Source: a virus. From it: a DNA stretch of 64,000 nt. Below, one piece after another: positions 55,160 to 62,893 of the stretch. Numbering within the stretch: the stretch's first letter is position 1; every line of letters starts with the position of its first letter. The notes under the pieces are model-generated. The model had not been told where the DNA came from. It did no database searches and saw nothing but the letters and a program-made list of their open reading frames with translations. The position numbers and the translations under genes are program-made. The stretch is taken from IMG/VR virus record IMGVR_UViG_3300050343_000150, positions 1-64,000 of that record. The stretch is one strand, 5' to 3'.

Positions 55160-56011
55160 TTATAACCATCTCATTAAAGAAGTGGAAGGTGTTACTGGTG
55201 TTTTTGTTTTACTGGTTCTATTTTTACGTAGTTTAAGTACTCTCAGTTCAGTGACTGAAAGTGTGTTTTTACAGTAGTCCTGAAAATCAGGGCTTTTTAG
55301 TAAGTCTTTGAAAAGATATACTTGAGAAGGCCGCATTTTAAGCCTCCGCAAAATTCTCGGTAATCTAGAATACTCTTTTCTTTGTGGTGGTGTCATCTTT
55401 CTGTACATTCTACCATCGTGGGCATATGCTAACATCTCGTAGAAGTATGTTTTATTCCATTTTCTTTTTACTTTAGCATCAATAAACATTAATTTGTTAG
55501 GGTGAATATTGGGTGCTAGCCAAGAGATAAATTGTATATCAGCAGGTTCTGAAATTTTCAACATGTCTGCAATAACATCTCTATTTGAATTACGAAGGTA
55601 GTCGCCTACCATGGTGAAAATATCTACTTCATAATTTTGAGGTTCAACTGAACGTGGTGCGATTTCATTTATTTCGTCTCGTAATGATTTCTTGGTTGCT
55701 CTTTTTAGTTTACATAAATTGTATAACTTCTTAGGTACATCTTTTTGATTCATAGAACACAAAACTGTTTGTCCTCTATATTGTAAGATGGTTTTTCTAA
55801 TTAAGTCAATATTAGGTTTGTAATTACACTCTCTGATAATTATTCCAACATCAGCAGGAATACTTAGGTTGTCTTCGATATCATATTCATTAGCATACAC
55901 GATGATAGGAGTATCTGATGTGTATTCTTTTGCTTTAGTTATTTTATCTGTGCCTTCTTTTCCTACTATTATTATTGCTCTATTTTTATTGTTCATTGTC
56001 AATAGACTCAT
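55160..56011 (-). CDS. Degenerate RFC large-subunit-like protein
   Basis: Decayed Walker A IIVGKEGTDKIT; near rfcS; basic tail ending TSLMRWL (PIP-like). Confidence 0.55.
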   Translation of the reverse strand: MSLLTMNNKNRAIIIVGKEGTDKITKAKEYTSDTPIIVYANEYDIEDNLSIPADVGIIIRECNYKPNIDLIRKTILQYRGQTVLCSMNQKDVPKKLYNLCKLKRATKKSLRDEINEIAPRSVEPQNYEVDIFTMVGDYLRNSNRDVIADMLKISEPADIQFISWLAPNIHPNKLMFIDAKVKRKWNKTYFYEMLAYAHDGRMYRKMTPPQRKEYSRLPRILRRLKMRPSQVYLFKDLLKSPDFQDYCKNTLSVTELRVLKLRKNRTSKTKTPVTPSTSLMRWL

Positions 56012-56303
56012 TTACAGCCCTCACTTCCATTATTTCTTCGTAAGTAGTTTTACATTGGTTACAATTTACTACTATTATGAACCAACGTAAGTCATTTTCA
56101 TACTTTACTCCTGCTTCATATGAGAATGTTTTACTGCCACATTCTCTACATCCATCTGAAACCCGTCTCAAAACATGGTGTTCAATGATGTCTTCGTCTG
56201 AAATCTTGTCTCCTGCACCTTTGACATATGATACTGTCAATTGACAAGGGACACAGTAATCAGAAACTGTTTCTCTTAAATTACATCTAGGACACAATTT
56301 CAT
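55986..56303 (-). CDS. Multi-CxxC Zn-finger protein
   Basis: CPRC, CVPC, CREC, CNQC. Confidence 0.65.
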   Translation of the reverse strand: MKLCPRCNLRETVSDYCVPCQLTVSYVKGAGDKISDEDIIEHHVLRRVSDGCRECGSKTFSYEAGVKYENDLRWFIIVVNCNQCKTTYEEIMEVRAVNESIDNEQ

Positions 56304-56695
56304 AATAACCCCTTCATAGTTAAAATTTCATCTAATCCACTTGCGGATAAGTGTTGTTTAGATTTTACCATGAATAATGTTTTAGTGAACGTTGTCCATT
56401 CTCCATTAGTCGGTGTATCCAAAGTTAACAAATTTAGAACTCTTGTTAAATTATCTAATCCACTAATTATTAATATTGGTCTTGGTCTACCTTTGTGTTC
56501 CGATTCTTTGTAGTTAGATGTTATCTCATATTGTAATAGAGAACGTTGAATCCCTAATAGAAAATCAGAATTACCCCTAATACATATTCTCAATCTAACT
56601 CTATAACCTAAATTAGATTTGGGACTACGCACAATATTTACCTCCGCACTAGCAAGAGAAATGAATATTCCATTCAATGTATCGCTGTTGTACAT
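56300..56695 (-). CDS. LAGLIDADG-fold protein, probably nuclease-inactive
   Basis: LNGIFISLAS at the LAGLIDADG helix; LGYRVRLRI; KQHLSASGLDEIL (I-CreI-like C-terminus). Confidence 0.6.
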   Translation of the reverse strand: MYNSDTLNGIFISLASAEVNIVRSPKSNLGYRVRLRICIRGNSDFLLGIQRSLLQYEITSNYKESEHKGRPRPILIISGLDNLTRVLNLLTLDTPTNGEWTTFTKTLFMVKSKQHLSASGLDEILTMKGLL

Positions 56696-56729
56696 AGTAC
56701 TACGATACAGTTGTAGTCAATATATGTTG

Positions 56730-58262
56730 CTACAAATTATCGCTTACAGTGATAATTGTGTCACATTCTGACGGATACTTATCATCTCTAATTCTTAGAA
56801 TTCTAGGAAACCTCATACCATAAGAACCGTCTTGATTTTTTGTTATTGCATCACAACTAACTTCTACTACAATTCTAGGTAAGAAATAGAAAGTGTCTGC
56901 TTTATATGAATCAACAATCTTCTTTAGTCGAACTGTTAAAGAATCTAACTCTTTCTCGGAAACTCCACTACCAACCTGTCCTATTTCAGTAAACCCTGTT
57001 ATTGAATTATCATCCCTTACAGAAACACCGAAACTAGATATTACAGTAGTTCTTCTACCAGTTCCATAGTTGCCGGATGTAATTACTAAATCCAACTCAA
57101 CCCTAGGAGGTTTATGTTTTAATAAACTACTACTTCTCTTAGATTCGTATGGGGAATCTAAGTTTTTTATCATAATACCTTCGAACCCGTCGTTAATTGC
57201 TGTGTAATATGCGGCTTCGATATTGTTATGGGAATACAATTTAGTTTGATATTCTGTTGGTACTAACTTCTTTAACACATCTAATCTAGATTCGTAAGTA
57301 TTATCTATTAATACATTTGACTCACTTAACAGAATATCGAATATTACTAGTTTAACAGGACACTTAAGAATGGCTTCTGCTTTATCCTTAGAATGTACTC
57401 TTGTTGCTAATGATTGATGTGCTGTCGGTTGACCTATATTGTCTACTGGATAAATCTCACAGTCAAATATTGCACTCTGTGTACTGAACATCAAAACTAT
57501 TTCAACTATATCTGAATATTGTTCAGTTACTATTTTTCCCTTTCGGTTAAAGATGATTACACTATCTCCATGTCTATGTATCTGATATCGGTTTCCATCA
57601 TACTTAGTATCAATTATATAATTGGTTGGTAAATTTTTACCATTGTACTTTTTAGCCAACATAGGTTTAACATATGCCCCGTGTACTAAGTTAGGCGGCG
57701 TTATATCATTCTCAAGATAGTGTACTATCATCGATAACGAATTAGTTTTCGCATACACATCGACTTCTGAAGTGTAGTATTTAGATAATGTTTTAGTTAC
57801 TATACTACAATCAACGCCATTTCTAGGTGTCCTCAACCAATATCTAACAAACCATTTTAATTCCAAAGCAGACATACTTCTTATTGCATCTCTTATGGTG
57901 TAGAAACTATTAGAATTCATAGAAGAACAATCTAGTTCTAACAATCTATGAAATTGCTCAGTAGATATTTGTGAATCAGAAGGACTTAAAGAAAACCCTT
58001 CTTGAATAAGGCCTTCACCTAAATCTAACCACTTGTGAGTAGCGTCTTCTATTTCCCATTCAAACACACCAAATATATCTGCTAACCATTTGACTGCTTT
58101 TTTCTCTGCTATATTGTTCATCTCATATTCACGTGATAAAATTCTGATAACTCTTGGTTTATCAGTAAAGTGAGATAGACTGGAATTAAGTATCTCTATT
58201 TTTCTTGTTGGTGTTACGGATTCTAGTGCTTCACACATCCTGCTCATTTTTATTAAACTCAT
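56730..58262 (-). CDS. lig: ATP-dependent DNA ligase (replicative type, with N-terminal DNA-binding domain)
   Basis: KPMLA, TKYDGNRYQIH, FDCE, IFDIL, EGIMIK, LKHK, MRFPRILRIRDDK. Confidence 0.95.
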   Translation of the reverse strand: MSLIKMSRMCEALESVTPTRKIEILNSSLSHFTDKPRVIRILSREYEMNNIAEKKAVKWLADIFGVFEWEIEDATHKWLDLGEGLIQEGFSLSPSDSQISTEQFHRLLELDCSSMNSNSFYTIRDAIRSMSALELKWFVRYWLRTPRNGVDCSIVTKTLSKYYTSEVDVYAKTNSLSMIVHYLENDITPPNLVHGAYVKPMLAKKYNGKNLPTNYIIDTKYDGNRYQIHRHGDSVIIFNRKGKIVTEQYSDIVEIVLMFSTQSAIFDCEIYPVDNIGQPTAHQSLATRVHSKDKAEAILKCPVKLVIFDILLSESNVLIDNTYESRLDVLKKLVPTEYQTKLYSHNNIEAAYYTAINDGFEGIMIKNLDSPYESKRSSSLLKHKPPRVELDLVITSGNYGTGRRTTVISSFGVSVRDDNSITGFTEIGQVGSGVSEKELDSLTVRLKKIVDSYKADTFYFLPRIVVEVSCDAITKNQDGSYGMRFPRILRIRDDKYPSECDTIITVSDNL

Positions 58263-58479
58263 TATTATTCCTCATTTTAATTACTTTTTCGAGAGCCTTG
58301 TGAACATCTTTCATCTCGTCCATGTTCATTCTAATACCTTTTTTGGTAGGATTACCATTTATATGCCAACGCACATCTACTACATGTAATTTCCAATATT
58401 CGCCAGTTCTGATGATTAACTCATTACTAGCGTCTCTTGGTATTCTCGCAATTATTTTTTCATCCTTCAAGCCAACCAC
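58231..58479 (-). CDS. PC4/Sub1-like ssDNA-binding protein
   Basis: VDVRWH..GNPTKKGI motif. Confidence 0.8.
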   Translation of the reverse strand: MVGLKDEKIIARIPRDASNELIIRTGEYWKLHVVDVRWHINGNPTKKGIRMNMDEMKDVHKALEKVIKMRNNNEFNKNEQDV

Positions 58480-58873
58480 TCCTAAATTGTTGTAGGGTTT
58501 TCCACGACTTAAAATATCGTGGTGATTCTTGTTTATCTATTCTGTGTGCAACCCAAACAACACCACCGAGACTACTTATCTTAACCAATTCATACGTTTT
58601 ACCTTCAACATCGAACATATCTTCTGTTTGCACATCAGGTACTAAACCAAACTTCTGTGATAACTCATTAGCCACCTCATCCATATGTTCAGCGACATAC
58701 TGAACAATCAAATGTCTTTGTATTGGTACTTTAGCATCAACTGTTACCTTAATCTTACCCTGCATTTCACATACCTTACATTTATTACCTTCACAAATAG
58801 GACAAGGGATTTCCGCAGGTAGCGGAGCAGGAAAGCGAATTGTTACAGCCTTCTTCATATTCTGCCATCCCAA
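58460..58873 (-). CDS. Hypothetical protein with DnaJ-like Zn motif
   Basis: CPICEG..CKVCEMQG. Confidence 0.6.
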   Translation of the reverse strand: MGWQNMKKAVTIRFPAPLPAEIPCPICEGNKCKVCEMQGKIKVTVDAKVPIQRHLIVQYVAEHMDEVANELSQKFGLVPDVQTEDMFDVEGKTYELVKISSLGGVVWVAHRIDKQESPRYFKSWKTLQQFRSGWLEG

Positions 58874-59343
58874 ATTCTGTATGTTACTTCGTAGGTAACA
58901 GTTACATCAAAAGGAAATGCTGCGAAATGTAAAGTGGCATTGCCAAATTCAGGAGCGAGTCCTTCTTGCCAATATACCTTCCCATTAACAGTATCCTGTA
59001 CAATATATCCTCTCATATCAAAAGAATAATTGTTAAAGATAACTGTATTGTTAGTCACAGTGAAACTTAGGTGGGTAGCGGTATAATTTAGACCACCTAT
59101 CTCTAACGCTCCATATGATGTATTAACATCTAACCATATAGTAGGAGCATAGATTAACGTTTGATTAGTGTTGTTGCTCATTTCTAATGTAAACTCTCCT
59201 GTTTCTGTTACCCATTCGTTTGTTGGTTCATCATCACTAAAAATTTCACTTGGTGATGGTATGCTCTCTGTACATCCTGCTAGCATTATACACACTAGAA
59301 GTAATGATATTATTTGTTGTTTCATAGTCGTCATAGTATTCAA
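58855..59343 (-). CDS. Putative lipoprotein
   Basis: MKQQIISLLLVCIMLAGC signal peptide with lipobox; several N-x-T/S sequons. Confidence 0.7.
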   Translation of the reverse strand: MNTMTTMKQQIISLLLVCIMLAGCTESIPSPSEIFSDDEPTNEWVTETGEFTLEMSNNTNQTLIYAPTIWLDVNTSYGALEIGGLNYTATHLSFTVTNNTVIFNNYSFDMRGYIVQDTVNGKVYWQEGLAPEFGNATLHFAAFPFDVTVTYEVTYRIWDGRI

Positions 59344-59446
59344 CCTATTACTTCGGAGATAGTGGAAGGCTATATATGTTACACCATTCAGTTAAAGATT
59401 AAACCGAATTCAACTAATGTTGTTTGTCTACTGTTTTCTATATTCA

Positions 59447-59992
59447 TTATTCTTCCTCCAATGCTTTTTCTGCTGCTTCAACCCATGCCGGTTTCTTAGA
59501 ACCTTCTTTTTGATAAATAGCATAGTTTACTTTCTTTGCAATTTCTGTTGCTGTATCATATGCAATATATTGGTTATCACCTAATACAGTTGCACTTAAC
59601 ATTACAGATTTCCATGTATGTATAGTGTTCCAATCTGTTCCGCTAAAGAATGCTTGACCAAAAGGGTGTGTGTGTATCCAACATTTGATTGGTAATTTCA
59701 TACCACCTAGTTGTTCTTCTTGGTCCTTGAAACTAACGAAACCAAACGTCCCTACACTAATGTATAAATCATCTTTGCTATCTACAATAACTTGTACTTC
59801 TCTAGGAGAATCAAATGCATTCAATGACATGTCCCAAATAACAGAATAAAATGCTTCTGTTGCTGCATTAGGATATGGATAACTAAACTGTATTTGTTGA
59901 AATACTTGTCTAATATTATCCTGCCATTTCTCATCCTTAATTTCAATTTTATTTTCTATCCAATCACTATCTTCTGTTTTTATTTCATTCAT
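59447..59992 (-). CDS. JAB/MPN+ (JAMM) metalloprotease
   Basis: REVQV catalytic Glu; WIHTHPFGQAFFSGTD (HxH-x7-S-x2-D). Confidence 0.9.
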   Translation of the reverse strand: MNEIKTEDSDWIENKIEIKDEKWQDNIRQVFQQIQFSYPYPNAATEAFYSVIWDMSLNAFDSPREVQVIVDSKDDLYISVGTFGFVSFKDQEEQLGGMKLPIKCWIHTHPFGQAFFSGTDWNTIHTWKSVMLSATVLGDNQYIAYDTATEIAKKVNYAIYQKEGSKKPAWVEAAEKALEEE

Positions 59993-60254
59993 TTTCCAAC
60001 ACTTCCTTTGCTTTAAGCAATGCTCCCACTAAATTATTAATGTCTCTAGCGTGTAGAGGTTCATTACTATTCATAAAAGCCATTTTTAATCTGACTGCCA
60101 TAACCACTGTATCATTACAGTTACTACAACACCTACCATTATTTATTGGTTCTGCGTTATGTCCTTCTGTCCAATAAGGCACACCTTCTTCTGTATATTT
60201 AATATCTATTACATCTTCACATATACTACATTGTTTCATTTCTATTTTATTCAT
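59985..60254 (-). CDS. Small Zn-binding protein
   Basis: CSIC...GHNAEP..GRCCSNCN. Confidence 0.65.
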   Translation of the reverse strand: MNKIEMKQCSICEDVIDIKYTEEGVPYWTEGHNAEPINNGRCCSNCNDTVVMAVRLKMAFMNSNEPLHARDINNLVGALLKAKEVLENE

Positions 60255-60497
60255 TTATATTCCTCCCATTTGTTTTACTATTGTATCCTGAGCATTTTCA
60301 AATTCATGATATGCTCTATGACCTGCAATGAATCCACCTGCATGTCTTTTAGTTCCTAAGAACTCTTCACCACAAGCAGGGCAAGATACTTGCACAATCT
60401 CTGCTTGTTTGTAATATCCGTCGGTAGATATCACATCCATTATTTCACCGACATCTTCTTCTGATATATCATCTATGTTTGCGTCTTCTTTACTCAT
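60255..60497 (-). CDS. Small C2H2-like Zn-finger protein
   Basis: CPACGEEF...GHRAYH. Confidence 0.65.
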   Translation of the reverse strand: MSKEDANIDDISEEDVGEIMDVISTDGYYKQAEIVQVSCPACGEEFLGTKRHAGGFIAGHRAYHEFENAQDTIVKQMGGI

Positions 60498-60763
60498 ATT
60501 TTCACCTTCAAATAATACCTCAATGTTTTAGTTGGTTTGGGTATGTGTTCCAACGGAGATTCTACTTTCCTCTTGATAGTTTTCTTTACATCGACTTTCG
60601 ATACTTCTTGTCGTACAAGTATATCTCTTCTATATTGTTCCCTCCACATAACTTGAATACAGTCATTACATAACCTTCTACTATTTGCCAAGTGTTCAGG
60701 AACAGGCTCATCCTCTTTACCACAAAGAGTCTTACCTAATATTGAGAAGCAGATGTACTTCAT
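60494..60763 (-). CDS. Small Cys-containing hypothetical protein
   Basis: TLCG...LCNDC; ATGA coupling. Confidence 0.55.
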   Translation of the reverse strand: MKYICFSILGKTLCGKEDEPVPEHLANSRRLCNDCIQVMWREQYRRDILVRQEVSKVDVKKTIKRKVESPLEHIPKPTKTLRYYLKVKI

Positions 60764-60990
60764 TCTCCCTTCTCCTTGTAGGCAGGATGTGTCTTCGGCA
60801 ACCTGTGCAGTCTTCTCACAATCATATTGTTTACTAAAGCAGCAGCAGATTCTGCACCGTCATTAAATCTCTTTAACGCGACTGCATCTCCGGTCGGACA
60901 CATCTCTTGTTCCAGTAAAGTTAGGTCTATCTCATTCATGATAAATTTCAATACTTCATACTCGACATGAATTTTAGATGCTGCTCTCAT
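60760..60990 (-). CDS. Hypothetical protein
   Basis: 76 aa; ATGA coupling on both sides. Confidence 0.55.
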   Translation of the reverse strand: MRAASKIHVEYEVLKFIMNEIDLTLLEQEMCPTGDAVALKRFNDGAESAAALVNNMIVRRLHRLPKTHPAYKEKGE

Positions 60991-61583
60991 AGGTTCACCA
61001 TCTTCATATCTATAACATCATCATTATCATTAAACCAACGTTGAATCCACTGAACACCCATACCTGCTATTACCATATTCATACAGTTAATATCTTCCGC
61101 ACTACCATCCCATGATTGTGCTTGACATGAAAAAGAACCTTCTTCTCCTGCTAAAAGAGTATTCATTAAGTCCGGATTTATTTTGTATGATACTAATGCA
61201 GCGTTCCTTCCAGTGGAACGTAGGTCTAACCACTTTAATTTTGTATCATTCCCAAAACCCTGTTTGTATAATAAACGTCTTACTGCTAGGTTATCTGCAC
61301 AACAGATAACTAAATCATATCCTTTAAGTTGTTTTTCTACAAGTACATTAAATGGTTGTGCGTTAATACCTTGGATACATTCTACTTTCTTTTCACCTAT
61401 ATCTAATTCATCAAATGCTTGATAACCAAGATTCTTTCTATCCACAACATCATCGTCAAATACAGTAATGTCATACAGATGAGTATTTGGAGTGTTATTC
61501 CTGTGTGCTTGATTCATTCTCTTGAGAAACTGTACTAGATAACTACCAATTCCTCCTGCTCCTACAATCATAACTCTTCTCAT
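60987..61583 (-). CDS. ThiF/MoeB/E1-like adenylating enzyme
   Basis: IVGAGGIGS, FDDDVVDRKNLGYQ, KKVE, LVICCADNLAVR, WLDLR, SFSC. Confidence 0.9.
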   Translation of the reverse strand: MRRVMIVGAGGIGSYLVQFLKRMNQAHRNNTPNTHLYDITVFDDDVVDRKNLGYQAFDELDIGEKKVECIQGINAQPFNVLVEKQLKGYDLVICCADNLAVRRLLYKQGFGNDTKLKWLDLRSTGRNAALVSYKINPDLMNTLLAGEEGSFSCQAQSWDGSAEDINCMNMVIAGMGVQWIQRWFNDNDDVIDMKMVNL

Positions 61584-61852
61584 TTCAAATCACCTTCCCA
61601 AATACCACTGAAAAGTATTAGGGTTTGTTCATCTATTTCCGATGTAAATATTGTACCGCTTCTCATATGTATATCAATTACATACATTGCCTTCTTCAAC
61701 ATTGAAGTTGGGGTTTTAGCCACGGTAAAGGCAACACATTCGGATACATCTATTGTTGTCATTCCACTTTTAGTTTCTATCTTTATTTTCTTTCTGTTCA
61801 TTTTCATTATCTCCATAATATATTTTTTGTTGTTGTTGGTGTCTCCATGCAT
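61580..61852 (-). CDS. Hypothetical protein
   Basis: ORF coupled to ThiF gene by ATGA; real start probably ~61801-61816. Confidence 0.5.
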   Translation of the reverse strand: MHGDTNNNKKYIMEIMKMNRKKIKIETKSGMTTIDVSECVAFTVAKTPTSMLKKAMYVIDIHMRSGTIFTSEIDEQTLILFSGIWEGDLK

Positions 61853-62027
61853 CGATTATTTCATGCGTGATTCCATCCATTGTTGCGCCTACGACACTTA
61901 GTGCATCTTCTAACACAGTTCTTCGCACTACATTCCTCAACTGTGGTAGTTTTTCGTATTCTTCTATTACCATACTAAAATGGTATTGCATTTTCTTTAG
62001 TGTTTGTATTATATTATCTTCCATCAA
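61770..62027 (-). CDS. Hypothetical protein
   Basis: 85 aa; coupled to tfb stop. Confidence 0.5.
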   Translation of the reverse strand: MMEDNIIQTLKKMQYHFSMVIEEYEKLPQLRNVVRRTVLEDALSVVGATMDGITHEIIDAWRHQQQQKIYYGDNENEQKENKDRN

Positions 62028-62893
62028 TATGCCCCGCTTAAAAATTGGTCTACATCCATTTCCATTAGTTCTTTTTTAGTAAGACCTAATGAATTAGACA
62101 AGTCCTTGGTTGCCATACGCAATCCGATTGTAGAAGCATTTCCTGACTTATCTACTAACTCTGTTTGTGTATGGATTTCATCTTCCATCTGTCCTACTAA
62201 CCAAAGAGTAGCACAGATTAAATTGGTAGTATATCTTTTACCAACCTCATTGAAAAACACTTCAATGTGTTCAACAACTCGTATTGATTTACTTCTATAA
62301 TTAGAAGATACATTATCTAATTTGTCAAGAATACCTATTGTTATTAGAACAGGGTTATGTGATGACAGTATGTGTGATTTTCTAAAGAATCTTGCAATAC
62401 GTTTTGCGTATTTAGATATCTTACTTTTACTCACTTTACTATATCCACTGTGTTGTTTCAAAACAACTGGGACACCTGCCTCCTTTAACATAAAATATGT
62501 TAATGCTGCTGCTCTATCTTCTATTGGTATACCTCGTAAAACATGTTCATTTTTTAATGAGATAAAATATCCTTTGACACTATTCCTAATGTCTGAGGAA
62601 ACATTGTAATAAGACAATATCATATTACACAATCTAAACATTCTCTTATCTGCTTCAGTATAGGGATTGCTCCAAATATTTTGTGTTTTAAGTCTATAAC
62701 TCATCTTAGTAGGAGTTTCAATAATATGAGAACCTAAATCTCTTGTTACTTCGTAAGAAGAATCTTCTTTCCACTTAACCGTCTCTTCAAAGGGTCGTAT
62801 CATTTGAATCAACCCACAACTTGAACACACTTTTTCACCCAATACTTCGTCGAAGTAGTATGTATTGTGATTACACTCAACGCAAGCCATCAT
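62024..62893 (-). CDS. tfb: Transcription factor B (TFIIB)-like protein
   Basis: Zn ribbon CVEC...DEVLGEKVCSSCGLI; two cyclin-like repeats (LRGIPIEDRAAALTY; LICATLW...TQTELV). Confidence 0.85.
   Translation of the reverse strand: MMACVECNHNTYYFDEVLGEKVCSSCGLIQMIRPFEETVKWKEDSSYEVTRDLGSHIIETPTKMSYRLKTQNIWSNPYTEADKRMFRLCNMILSYYNVSSDIRNSVKGYFISLKNEHVLRGIPIEDRAAALTYFMLKEAGVPVVLKQHSGYSKVSKSKISKYAKRIARFFRKSHILSSHNPVLITIGILDKLDNVSSNYRSKSIRVVEHIEVFFNEVGKRYTTNLICATLWLVGQMEDEIHTQTELVDKSGNASTIGLRMATKDLSNSLGLTKKELMEMDVDQFLSGAY

Noticed and set aside
60255-60270. C-terminal ...MGGI next to the JAB/E1 genes as a pro-Ubl Gly-Gly
   Set aside because: The GGA GGA codons are the GGAGG Shine-Dalgarno of the next gene, and the protein looks like a C2H2 finger rather than a beta-grasp fold
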